A stretch of DNA of 19,015 nucleotides, from positions 1 through 19,015 of the forward strand of contig JBGCEP010000084.1 in assembly GCA_045106415.1 (NCBI GenBank), read 5' to 3'. Numbering within the stretch: position 1 is the first letter of the stretch; each line of letters opens with the position of its first letter. Position numbers and translations under genes: made by a program. Source of the stretch: Oligoflexales bacterium. Lineage in GTDB: Bacteria; Bdellovibrionota_B; Oligoflexia; Oligoflexales; Bog-1112. The notes under the pieces are model-generated. The model did not search any database and was not told the DNA's origin. It worked only from the letters and a program-made list of their open reading frames with translations. Of this stretch, positions 1 to 8,234 are shown one piece after another.

Positions 1-212
1 ATAATGCTTCATTTCATAAGTCCTCAGATATAGTTCAAATAGCTCAAGATTATGGGGCAGAAGTTCTATATCTTCCCCCATATAGTCCAGATCTCAATCC
101 TATCGAACACAAGTGGCATCAAGTTAAAACAAAAATACGAAAAATTCTCAGAGATGGATGTGATTCTATTTATGATGCTGTTTGCGCGGCTATGAAGATG
201 TTAAGTAAATAA
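1..212 (+). CDS. IS630-family transposase, C-terminal fragment (truncated by window start)
   Basis: The frame starting at nt 3 reads (D)NASFHKSSDIVQIAQDYGAEVLYLPPYSPDLNPIEHKWHQVKTKIR...MLSK* (TAA 210-212). DNAxFH and LPPYSPDLNPIE are the DDE signature motifs of IS630/Tc1 transposases. Confidence 0.95.
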   Translation, partial: NASFHKSSDIVQIAQDYGAEVLYLPPYSPDLNPIEHKWHQVKTKIRKILRDGCDSIYDAVCAAMKMLSK

Positions 213-229
213 ATGCGGCCAATGCTATA
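1..229 (+). mobile_element. Right end of IS630-family insertion sequence
   Basis: The transposase stop is followed by ATGCGGCCAATGCTA|TA (213-229). IS630 elements duplicate a TA target, so the end is placed at about 227 with the TA at 228-229. The left end is outside the window. Confidence 0.75.
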
Positions 230-499
230 ATGATATTTTAATGGCCTGAGGTTATAGACAGCATTAGATCCTTCAACAATCTGAAGTATGCTTGATTTTT
301 TATGCTAATTTCATGCAACACCCTTATCGCCCAGCCTTTAATCTTGTTGAACATCAACGGGACAGATTAAAAACAAAGGTGAAAAAAATTTAAGTGGTGG
401 TTACATCTTGATTCTCGAAGCAATTCGTAAAATTTTTAATTATGTAAATAATACTATCTGATACTACATCTAAAAAATTAAAGACCAGACTTTATCTTT

Positions 500-2167
500 T
501 CATTGAGATGTTTTCGAAGAAATAAAAGCTTCATTTGTAAAGCTTGAATTACAATTTTTTTCAGAAAAGACAATAGAGTCTATAGCTAAAGCACTGTCGA
601 CCCATTGATCTCCCATATCAGAAATCAAGAATCGCAATGTTAAAGACTTATCTCTCATTTCTTCTGTGATCGTTGAACAAATTACTCGCGGTGGATATTG
701 AAGTAAATCCGAAGAGCCTTTGTCTGTTGAGGAAGCTAAAACAAGGCTATTTGAAACAGTCCAATCTCCACAATTATTTTCAAGACAATCTGTGTCAACT
801 AAATCTTCCATGTGACCCGATGCAATCACTTCTTGAGATTCGTCCCAACGAATCAAAAATCGATCTTTACCAAGAAAACTCCACGGTTTCTCATATGTAA
901 ACCACGATGCCCTTATCTGTAGACTCTGAGCATTTGTTGGTATTTTAAGTGTTTGCCAAAATGTTGAAACCTGTTCTCCTATAGGGTTTAATGGCCCTTT
1001 TGGATTTTGCATAAAAGCACTATTTCCTGTGCTCAATAAACAATAAGACGTTGTCATATCAATATTTGGAACCGTAAGAGGAAATGTCACTGCATCGTCT
1101 TTAATCACTTGGAAATCCCCATGAACATGCCACCCACCCCCTCCTAAATAACTATGATAAGAACCCTCTCCAGATAAAGTCGAACCATCGCAATCTAGAT
1201 CGATCCCTTTTGCGACTCCTCTACTAAAGCCCTGTGCTATGGCTTCAGCAGTTAAATCATTGTCTTGAGTTATTCCTTGAGAAGATAGCAATGCCTGAGA
1301 GACATCTGTTTGATAATGCACTAAAAATAGAGACTCGACTTCCCAGTCACCATTTACAGTACTTTTTTCACCTATCCATTTTTTCTTTTGCTCATCAAAC
1401 CACTCTGCTGTTTTCCCAAATCCTGTAGAACGGCTTTTCAATGCGTCTGTTTGATTGAATTTTAAAGAGGACGATGATTGAATTGATACTTCGGAAACAC
1501 CATTTAAATGAAGGTATTCAGATATATAAGGAAAATATGACACTAACTCTGCAGTTTGTGTTGTTGGAACAGCAAAAACAAAACCACCAAGATCATAGCT
1601 CCATGTCTTAAAAGGTGACCCAACAGCAGAAATATAGGATCCGGGGACACCGTCTATGGTTTCGTCTGTTTTTTGAACTAAAACTTGGCCTCTTATACCT
1701 GTCCATTCGGACAGGTGATCAATTAAAACATATGTACCAGTTGCATTTACTCTTTTTTGAGAAACAAGATCTTCAAACCCTGAAAGGAGTATTGAAGATT
1801 CAACAACTAGTTTTTGCCCAACGACTTTTGCTGATGCAACAGGGAGTAAAAATGTTTCTTTAAACCCTTCAAGGCCCCATTCTACTTTTTTAGTAAGTAA
1901 CATTCTTCGTTCTATATCTTGCAGATCAGTAGATAGAGGTAGATCGAAACCTTCACCAATGGCGTACTGCTGTTCATTTTTAAGAACATCAAAAGCAGCA
2001 ACCCACGTATATTCAGCATATAAATTCTCATCCCAATCCATAGATTGAGAGAGACTAATGATTTCATCTGAAGTCTTCCAAAATAATGCTGTTTCTGATG
2101 ATTCAGAGACTTGTTTTCCACACGACATTAAAGTCGCAAAGAATAGTATCCAAAATATTTTACACAT
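500..2167 (-). CDS. Large hypothetical lipoprotein (555 aa), probably a beta-rich surface protein
   Basis: Lipoprotein signal MCKIFWILFFATLMS-C. The C-terminal FLISDMGDQWVDSALAID resembles D-x-GD-x(3)-DS-A motifs of extracellular beta-sandwich domains. It has several Cys that could pair and no recognisable catalytic motif. Confidence 0.75.
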   Translation of the reverse strand: MCKIFWILFFATLMSCGKQVSESSETALFWKTSDEIISLSQSMDWDENLYAEYTWVAAFDVLKNEQQYAIGEGFDLPLSTDLQDIERRMLLTKKVEWGLEGFKETFLLPVASAKVVGQKLVVESSILLSGFEDLVSQKRVNATGTYVLIDHLSEWTGIRGQVLVQKTDETIDGVPGSYISAVGSPFKTWSYDLGGFVFAVPTTQTAELVSYFPYISEYLHLNGVSEVSIQSSSSLKFNQTDALKSRSTGFGKTAEWFDEQKKKWIGEKSTVNGDWEVESLFLVHYQTDVSQALLSSQGITQDNDLTAEAIAQGFSRGVAKGIDLDCDGSTLSGEGSYHSYLGGGGWHVHGDFQVIKDDAVTFPLTVPNIDMTTSYCLLSTGNSAFMQNPKGPLNPIGEQVSTFWQTLKIPTNAQSLQIRASWFTYEKPWSFLGKDRFLIRWDESQEVIASGHMEDLVDTDCLENNCGDWTVSNSLVLASSTDKGSSDLLQYPPRVICSTITEEMRDKSLTLRFLISDMGDQWVDSALAIDSIVFSEKNCNSSFTNEAFISSKTSQ

Positions 2168-2193
2168 TCAAAACCTCAATATCACTATCAATA

Positions 2194-2973
2194 TTAATCA
2201 GATGAATTCAGCCTTTTAAGCATATAAGGTAAAGCTTCAACGACATCTTCACATTCAGATAAAGCTTTTCTCAAGTCTTGTACAAGATCTTGATTTATTT
2301 CAGGAAGGATTTCACTACTAAGATCTTCACAAGAGTCCAACTGAAAGTCACGGGATAAAATCCTATGAGCAAGATCCTGACCACTGAGAACATCAACAAT
2401 ACCATGCTGCTTAAGCTCTAAAGTTGACCTGCATATATCAATGCAAGTCTCTCTATAAACTTGTTTCATAAAAGGATCCATACCCTCATGATTTTCAATG
2501 ACTTCTTTCATCATAATAGCTAAAGAAACATGTAAAGAAGGAAAACAATTTGTAGGACCATCAATCTGATGAAGCAATTTAACCAATGGGTGCTGGAAAC
2601 TTTGCCTCATTGCCATACGAGTGGGTATTCTTGTAAAAATATAACATGACTCTTGAATTAAATTTTCAGTCATTCTCAAAAGGTTCTTAAACTCTTTTTG
2701 AGGCAAATCCTTCATAATAATTGCACTGCCCGATAACACATAAATACTTGCAAATAAATACGGATAAATCTTCTCATCTTGCGGTTTTATTTTTCTATCT
2801 TGCAAAGTTTCAATAATCTTTGCTTGCTCGTCATCGACGTTTTCCTGAGCTGTTTTGTACGCCTGCCACCAATCCCATGTTAATTTTAAGACACAAAGGC
2901 TTCGTGGAAAAAGCATTGCGTATTTTGTTGCTCCAAAAACTGTCGAGCTGACTTTATCAAGCTGTGGTATCAT
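2194..2973 (-). CDS. PAP2/phosphatidic acid phosphatase-superfamily protein (divergent)
   Basis: Motifs DGPTNCFPSLHV (C2, catalytic His) and RSTLELKQHGIVDVLSG (C3, H-x3-D). Confidence 0.7.
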   Translation of the reverse strand: MIPQLDKVSSTVFGATKYAMLFPRSLCVLKLTWDWWQAYKTAQENVDDEQAKIIETLQDRKIKPQDEKIYPYLFASIYVLSGSAIIMKDLPQKEFKNLLRMTENLIQESCYIFTRIPTRMAMRQSFQHPLVKLLHQIDGPTNCFPSLHVSLAIMMKEVIENHEGMDPFMKQVYRETCIDICRSTLELKQHGIVDVLSGQDLAHRILSRDFQLDSCEDLSSEILPEINQDLVQDLRKALSECEDVVEALPYMLKRLNSSD

Positions 2974-3024
2974 GACATTTCCCTACAAAAGAGACTTTGT
3001 TTATAAAAATGAAAAGAATATTGT

Positions 3025-3513
3025 ATGCTCTTTAAATATTTTATCACTGCGTTGGCTATTCGTTCTTTTTTATCTTTTGAATGCAATGCTCAAACCACAC
3101 AAAAAACCATTCAAGAAAAATTTAATCAATGCTGTAAAGATCTTACAGAACATACCGTCTCAGCTGAATATGCAAAATCCCATATAGGCAAAGCTATTTT
3201 TATTGACGCTCGCTCCAAAGAAGAAAGATCTATCTCTATAATACCTGGAGCTATCACTATTGATAAACTTAATAAAAATCACAAATCATCTGAAATTATA
3301 GTTTATTGTACGATTGGGTATCGTAGCGGAAAAACCACAGAAACGTTAAGGTCTCAAGGATATGCAGCTCACAATTTAGAAGGAGGAATCCTTGCCTGGA
3401 CATGGGCACAAGGCCCATTATTAACACCCACTGGGAAAAAAACTCACGCACTGCACACATGGTCAGATAAGTGGAACCTCACGCCTCCAAACTACTCAGC
3501 TAAAAATCATTAA
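3025..3513 (+). CDS. Exported rhodanese-like domain protein (sulfurtransferase)
   Basis: FIDARSKEER, SIIPGA, active-site loop VYCTIGYRS and NLEGGILAW. The N-terminus looks like a signal peptide. Confidence 0.9.
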   Translation: MLFKYFITALAIRSFLSFECNAQTTQKTIQEKFNQCCKDLTEHTVSAEYAKSHIGKAIFIDARSKEERSISIIPGAITIDKLNKNHKSSEIIVYCTIGYRSGKTTETLRSQGYAAHNLEGGILAWTWAQGPLLTPTGKKTHALHTWSDKWNLTPPNYSAKNH

Positions 3514-3830
3514 GAGCGGCACCGATAACAAATTTTTCGGAACGTCATGCCAACATGCTCTAGACCAGAGGCAACTTCGCTCTCTAGTCGCAATTTCTTT
3601 GCCAGCCAACCCAACCCTTGCAAAGAAGAGTGAGAGCGTAGAAGCCATTCCCATGCTAGTGGCCCCTCGTGTGTCTTATCGCCATCGACTACCACAAGAC
3701 GATCACACGACAAGGAAGGGTTTTCAGAACACGGTAAAAATTTAATATCTAGAGACTTTTGCCCTGCATATGCAGCTAACTGCCGACAAAAAAAACAGTT
3801 TTGATCATAATAAACAAGACCACGACTCAT
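3510..3830 (-). CDS. DCC1-like thiol-disulfide oxidoreductase (DUF393 family)
   Basis: N-terminal VYYDQNCFFC (DxxCxxC) motif, about 106 aa, and an extra C-terminal CYRC. Confidence 0.75.
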   Translation of the reverse strand: MSRGLVYYDQNCFFCRQLAAYAGQKSLDIKFLPCSENPSLSCDRLVVVDGDKTHEGPLAWEWLLRSHSSLQGLGWLAKKLRLESEVASGLEHVGMTFRKICYRCRS

Positions 3831-3834
3831 TTCA

Positions 3835-4200
3835 CTAGTTTCCTATGTTTTCTAGGATATTAATATGCTTAAAACCTAAAAAACAGATAAACAAACAAAA
3901 AAATCCTGTCCCTAAAAAATGACACAAACCTTCTGTATATCTTTCCTGTTCCCATAACAGAACTGTTTCAAGGCACACTGAGGATAAAGTTGTTAGAGCT
4001 CCACAAAAACCAATTAATATCGCTTGCTTTAATACGCTTGAAGGGAGTGACGCCATAACAGATCCTGCTATCAAACAACCTAATAAATTTGCCACCCAGG
4101 TCCCAAGTGGTAATGACCCATTACACGCAAGCTGCAAAGCTCCACGCAGTGAAACTCCCAACATTCCTCCTGCGAGTATAAGACCTCCAAGCAATATCAA
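3835..4200 (-). CDS. crcB: Fluc/CrcB fluoride channel family protein (Phe-box residues substituted)
   Basis: Four hydrophobic segments with GGMLGVSLR, PLGTWVANLLGC and GFCGALTTLSS motifs. The TTG start directly abuts the upstream stop. Confidence 0.85.
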   Translation of the reverse strand: MILLGGLILAGGMLGVSLRGALQLACNGSLPLGTWVANLLGCLIAGSVMASLPSSVLKQAILIGFCGALTTLSSVCLETVLLWEQERYTEGLCHFLGTGFFCLFICFLGFKHINILENIGN

Positions 4201-4527
4201 TTATGATCTCCCGTAACGCTTCAAATCTTTAGGGAAGCTTGAATTAAAGCTGTAGTGCTTTACCTGGCCGTTTTGATCCCAAAAAAACTTCAATTCTTTA
4301 TACTTAGCTGGTTTTGCAATACGATATTCATAATAACCGTATGTCCAAGTCCTGGTTCCTCCAGAATCACCTACAGCAGAAGGTTTACCAAGCATCATAC
4401 GAACTTGATCTTGAGTTGTTTTTTCTTTTCTGATCCAAGACGTTTCTGATGGGAAATTTCCACCTTGCGTCACACACCCTGACAATATGGTCATAAAAAC
4501 TATCATTTGAAAATAACGTAGAATCAT
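4201..4527 (-). CDS. SmpA/BamE-domain small lipoprotein
   Basis: Lipobox LSG-C, TTQDQVRMMLGKP and TWTYGY, typical of the SmpA/OmlA fold. RBS GGGAG upstream. Confidence 0.75.
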   Translation of the reverse strand: MILRYFQMIVFMTILSGCVTQGGNFPSETSWIRKEKTTQDQVRMMLGKPSAVGDSGGTRTWTYGYYEYRIAKPAKYKELKFFWDQNGQVKHYSFNSSFPKDLKRYGRS

Positions 4528-4572
4528 AAGAACTCCCTTTCATATATACAGCCTCCATCATGATAGATCTTA

Positions 4573-4602
4573 TTGACATATGCAATCTCTGATCGTTACG
4601 AT
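4573..4602 (+). promoter_or_regulatory. Putative sigma70 promoter for the DUF1499 gene
   Basis: TTGACA (4573-4578), an 18-bp spacer and TACGAT (4597-4602), upstream of RBS GAGG and ATG 4640. Confidence 0.5.
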
Positions 4603-4639
4603 GCAAAGTCCTACGACTTTATACTCATAGAGGTAGCAC

Positions 4640-5074
4640 ATGTGGAGATGGATCATGTTATGTGGAGTTTTCTCTTGCGCAAAAGACCATACAGGACTCA
4701 ACGAAAACAATCTACTCAAGCCCTGCCCTCCAAGCCCTAACTGTGTTTGCTCTACCGAAACAGAAGAAAAAACACACCTGATACAATCCCTAAAAATTCA
4801 GGGTGATTCGAAAAAATCATTCAAAGTCGCGGTAAATACTATCAAAAAAATGGGTGGGGATATCGTCACTGAAACCTCAGTCTACTGCCACGCAACATTT
4901 ACGTCGAATTTGCTCCGTTTTACAGATGATTTTGAAATTTTACTCAGAAAAGAACAAGGCATTATTGATATCAAAAGCTCTTCTCGAGTCGGCTATTCAG
5001 ACTTTGGTGTCAACAGAAAACGCACCGAGAGCATGCGCCAAATGTGGCTAAAGAGCATACAAAACTCGCTTTAG
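4640..5074 (+). CDS. DUF1499 family lipoprotein
   Basis: LKPCPPSPNCVCS, FTDDFE and SSSRVGYSDFGVNRKR are the characteristic DUF1499 motifs. Lipobox-like VFS-C. Confidence 0.9.
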   Translation: MWRWIMLCGVFSCAKDHTGLNENNLLKPCPPSPNCVCSTETEEKTHLIQSLKIQGDSKKSFKVAVNTIKKMGGDIVTETSVYCHATFTSNLLRFTDDFEILLRKEQGIIDIKSSSRVGYSDFGVNRKRTESMRQMWLKSIQNSL

Positions 5075-5129
5075 AGTCTTGGAAAAAATCTTTTAAAACA
5101 ATGAGTTAAAAAAAACTTTGTTCTTACCT

Positions 5130-5156
5130 TAAACTTTTACCTCGAAGTTCCGAAAA
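5130..5156 (+). promoter_or_regulatory. sigma28 (FliA)-like promoter of the monoheme cytochrome gene
   Basis: TAAA (5130-5133)-N15-TCCGAAAA (5149-5156), compared with consensus TAAA-N15-GCCGATAA. Confidence 0.55.
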
Positions 5157-5197
5157 CTTGTCCAGTCAGGGGCTAAACAAGTTTACAGGAGCGTCTT

Positions 5198-5710
5198 GTG
5201 TTGCGTTTATACTATCTACTACTTATTCTCATCGCCGTTTCTTGCGGCAAAGATAACAAATCCAGAGATGGCAGCGGTGAAGCTGATGCAAATCCAAAAA
5301 AGAAATCTGGATCTCATATTGTTGTAACAGAGCGAGGTGTTGAAGTCTTTGACGACGAAAAAGAACAAAGCAGCAGCAACAGCAAGAAAGATGAAGACGA
5401 TGATCAAGAAAAAGATGAAGACGATGATAAAGAAAAAGACGGCAATACTGAAGCTAGTGCATGCCAAACGTTCTTTTTAGACAACTTAGCTGAAGACCCT
5501 ATTGGTGGTGCTTGTGCAGCTTGTCATGCAAGTGGGATGGGTGGTTTCACTCTTGAAAGCGGTGAAGATGACGCCAACTTCGCAGCACTTGAAGATCTTG
5601 GATTTAAATTCTTTACAACATGGATTTCTGAAGACGGTGATGCAACACACAAAGGGTTTGCTGACGATTACAACCAATCTTTTGCTGATCTCGAAGAAGC
5701 TTGCCAATAA
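5198..5710 (+). CDS. Acidic monoheme c-type cytochrome lipoprotein
   Basis: RBS AGGAG before GTG, lipobox AVS-C, a D/E/K low-complexity linker and a single CAACH. A candidate distal His lies in ATHKG. Two extra Cys (ASACQ, terminal EEACQ) could form a disulfide. Confidence 0.75.
   Translation: MLRLYYLLLILIAVSCGKDNKSRDGSGEADANPKKKSGSHIVVTERGVEVFDDEKEQSSSNSKKDEDDDQEKDEDDDKEKDGNTEASACQTFFLDNLAEDPIGGACAACHASGMGGFTLESGEDDANFAALEDLGFKFFTTWISEDGDATHKGFADDYNQSFADLEEACQ
5387..5439 (+). repeat. In-frame 24-bp tandem duplication encoding KDEDDD(Q/K)E
   Basis: AAAGATGAAGACGATGATCAAGAA (5387-5410) and AAAGATGAAGACGATGATAAAGAA (5411-5434) differ by one mismatch, followed by a partial third copy AAAGA. 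Confidence 0.9.
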
Positions 5711-5735
5711 GAGAGAGTGTCTATCAAAAAAAATG

Positions 5736-5771
5736 AGGAGCGGATGTCTAAAGGCATTCGCTCTTTTATTT
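5736..5771 (+). terminator. Rho-independent terminator between the convergent cytochrome genes
   Basis: Stem GAGCGGATGTC-TAAA-GGCATTCGCTC (two G:U pairs favour the + strand) followed by TTTTATTT. An A-tract at 5726-5733 may allow weaker use on the - strand. Confidence 0.75.
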
Positions 5772-8234
5772 AAAAGAAAAAGTATTGTGGCACTGGACAC
5801 AGTTTTGAAAAGCAGGGCTTGAGTGATTAGGGCTTGTCACAGCCTGTCCTTCTTGGAAATGGCACGTTGAACACTTCATAGGCAGTGACTTATAAATCCC
5901 AGCATTATGACAACTCGAACATGGTAGAAGCCTATGCTTTCCTACAAGAGAAAAACGGGTATGCACATCATGCTGAAATTTCGTAGAAGACCACATTGTT
6001 TGCATATGGCAATCAGCACACTGAGGTAAACTTCCTTGGTGATGGTCATCTTCAAAGTGACAGGTCTGGCACTGCTCTCCAGTGCCTGCAAGCACTCTTC
6101 CACCAGCATGGCAACTCTCACATGAAACTTGTAAATGTACTCCTTTTAATTGAAAGTTTTTATGGAACCCATCCACTCCTTTCCATGATCTTTCATTATG
6201 ACAACTTTGACATTTTTTACCTCGAGTTCCTTTGTGAGGATCTTTATGGCAACTCACACATTTGCTAAAAAACTTTTCGCCTAGAATGTATTGTCTTTTA
6301 TGGCGATAAGGTTTCGTTCTAAACTTTTTCTTTGTTGGTTTATGACACTGTATACAGTCAACATCTTTATGCTTTCCTTTTAGAGGAAAACGTGTTGATT
6401 GATGCTTGAAAGGTTTTCTTTTTGAAAAATTAGATGTTGTGTGACACTCAACACAAGGCTGGGTCGAAAACTTTTTACTAAACATATCTTTATGCTGGTT
6501 TCTATGACAATTTTCACAATATTCTTTTTTATGCCATTTAAATTTGAATTTCCTTGCTCTTCTGGGTGGCTTTGAATCTAAAATCCATTTCGTCACAGAA
6601 TGACATTCATGACACCGATGTCCTATCCTGCGATGTTTTCCTGTAATTTTAAAATCTGTTTTAGAATGATTAAACCTTTTTAAATTTTTAAAACTTTGAG
6701 TCGTATGGCAAGTACTGCAGGCCTCATTTTTTAATTTATGAAATTGTTGTTTATGAATATTTTTATGGCAGCTAATACAGAAATCTTTTTTGGCAGAAGG
6801 AAATTTATAAATTCTTTGTTTACCGCGGATATGACAAGATTGACAATTCATTGATTTATGTTTTCCTGTTAATGGAAAACGCGTATTATTATGGAAATTT
6901 TTCCCTTTAAATGATGATCTGTCAGCAGCTATATTTTTCCAACTTTTTGTATTATGACAACTTTCACACTTAGCTCCTTTGAATTTTTTATGGAAACTTT
7001 TCGAATGTGATGATTTGTGACATGTTTCACAACTTTTATGTCGCATCTCTGGAAATTTATATCGCCTTAAAGAAGATTTTTTAGCGAATTTTTTCCCTCC
7101 ATGCACTGTGACATGGCAAGATATACACTTTTTATTTTTATGCATCCCTGTCAGAGGGTAAGAAGTTTGCACATTATGATTAAAACGCAATCTATTTTTC
7201 CAGCCAATCTCATTATGGCAACTTTGACACTTTGTTAAAGATCCCATTTTTGGATGGGATTTTTTTCCAAACCCATGATAATCAGCATGACAAGAAACAC
7301 ATTGATTCGATTGTCCCGACCAATGCTTTTTAAGATCTTTGCTTTTGACATGACAAGACTTACAAGAAGATATTTTATGCTTACCTTTTAAAACAAAGTC
7401 TGTCACCTTATGGTCAAACCTTAGTATTTTCCATTTTATTTCATTATGGCAAGTATGACATTTTCCATTTCTAAATTTTATACTAAGTCCTTTTCCATGA
7501 AAATCATCATGACAACTACGGCATTGTTTCATTGCCAATTGTGGCCATTTATAAGTTGTGTTTCCACTTTTATTTTCATGACATTTTTTACACTCAAGTT
7601 TAGAATGAGAACCATTCAAACTAAATCCGCTCACTATTTTATGGTCAAATTTTGTATGCTTCCATGACGAAATTTGATGACAACTTTTACAATCTTCTTT
7701 TGCATACTTCCCTTTAAACTTATGAACATCATCGTTTTTATGACAATCAATGCAACGATCACTCTGCCCGAAGTATCTTGGGTCTGATTTTCTGGTCAAT
7801 TTTGTTGTTCTTTTTTGTTTATGACATTCTAGGCAAGCGACACGACTATGTCCTCCACCAAGAATATATCCTGTCAAATTATGATCAAAAGATCTCTGGT
7901 TCACCAGAGCGCTATTAAATTGCCGCCCTTTATGATCACTATGACAAGTTGCGCATTTTTTTTGAGCTCTTCCGTGGAAATGTTGCCTCGAATTCACATG
8001 CTTTCCAATATCATCATGACACGATAAACACTTACTATCAGGCAACCCGCCACCTGCCTCATGACAACTCAAACAATCTTTATGCTCTAAATCATGATGA
8101 CCTAGCATAAGAGGTCCTGGTGCTAAGAGCTGGTTTAAAAGCCCTTCAAATCTGCTTTTTTTCTGATCGACCACCGACTGAGAAAAAAGACTCTGAGCAC
8201 AAATCATAAGTGTCATAAAAACAACAAAGCGCAT
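5766..8234 (-). CDS. Exported 30-heme c-type cytochrome (ten tri-heme repeats)
   Basis: Sec-type signal MRFVVFMTLMICAQSLFS and 30 CxxCH motifs counted by hand. The repeating unit is FxH..FxLxGxH..CxxCH..CxxCH-x2-4-H..CxxCH..W/F. The protein is Lys/Arg rich. Its start overlaps the upstream stop (TAATG), with RBS GGAGG. Confidence 0.95.
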   Translation of the reverse strand: MRFVVFMTLMICAQSLFSQSVVDQKKSRFEGLLNQLLAPGPLMLGHHDLEHKDCLSCHEAGGGLPDSKCLSCHDDIGKHVNSRQHFHGRAQKKCATCHSDHKGRQFNSALVNQRSFDHNLTGYILGGGHSRVACLECHKQKRTTKLTRKSDPRYFGQSDRCIDCHKNDDVHKFKGKYAKEDCKSCHQISSWKHTKFDHKIVSGFSLNGSHSKLECKKCHENKSGNTTYKWPQLAMKQCRSCHDDFHGKGLSIKFRNGKCHTCHNEIKWKILRFDHKVTDFVLKGKHKISSCKSCHVKSKDLKKHWSGQSNQCVSCHADYHGFGKKSHPKMGSLTKCQSCHNEIGWKNRLRFNHNVQTSYPLTGMHKNKKCISCHVTVHGGKKFAKKSSLRRYKFPEMRHKSCETCHKSSHSKSFHKKFKGAKCESCHNTKSWKNIAADRSSFKGKNFHNNTRFPLTGKHKSMNCQSCHIRGKQRIYKFPSAKKDFCISCHKNIHKQQFHKLKNEACSTCHTTQSFKNLKRFNHSKTDFKITGKHRRIGHRCHECHSVTKWILDSKPPRRARKFKFKWHKKEYCENCHRNQHKDMFSKKFSTQPCVECHTTSNFSKRKPFKHQSTRFPLKGKHKDVDCIQCHKPTKKKFRTKPYRHKRQYILGEKFFSKCVSCHKDPHKGTRGKKCQSCHNERSWKGVDGFHKNFQLKGVHLQVSCESCHAGGRVLAGTGEQCQTCHFEDDHHQGSLPQCADCHMQTMWSSTKFQHDVHTRFSLVGKHRLLPCSSCHNAGIYKSLPMKCSTCHFQEGQAVTSPNHSSPAFQNCVQCHNTFSFK

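Noticed and set aside
230..499. Possible gene remnant interrupted by IS630
   Set aside because: Only short open stretches with frequent stops in the frames I read, and no recognisable motif.
4528..4640. Fluoride riboswitch upstream of the crcB-containing operon
   Set aside because: No convincing GGCGATGG-type core with the required pairing. The GATGGAGG seen is equally explained as an SD-like sequence. An Infernal search with the Rfam crcB model would settle it.
5766..8234. CRISPR-like or DNA-level repeat array (recurring ATGACA/TGGCA words)
   Set aside because: These are the reverse complement of Cys-His codons in CxxCH motifs. Spacing is irregular and there is no conserved direct repeat.
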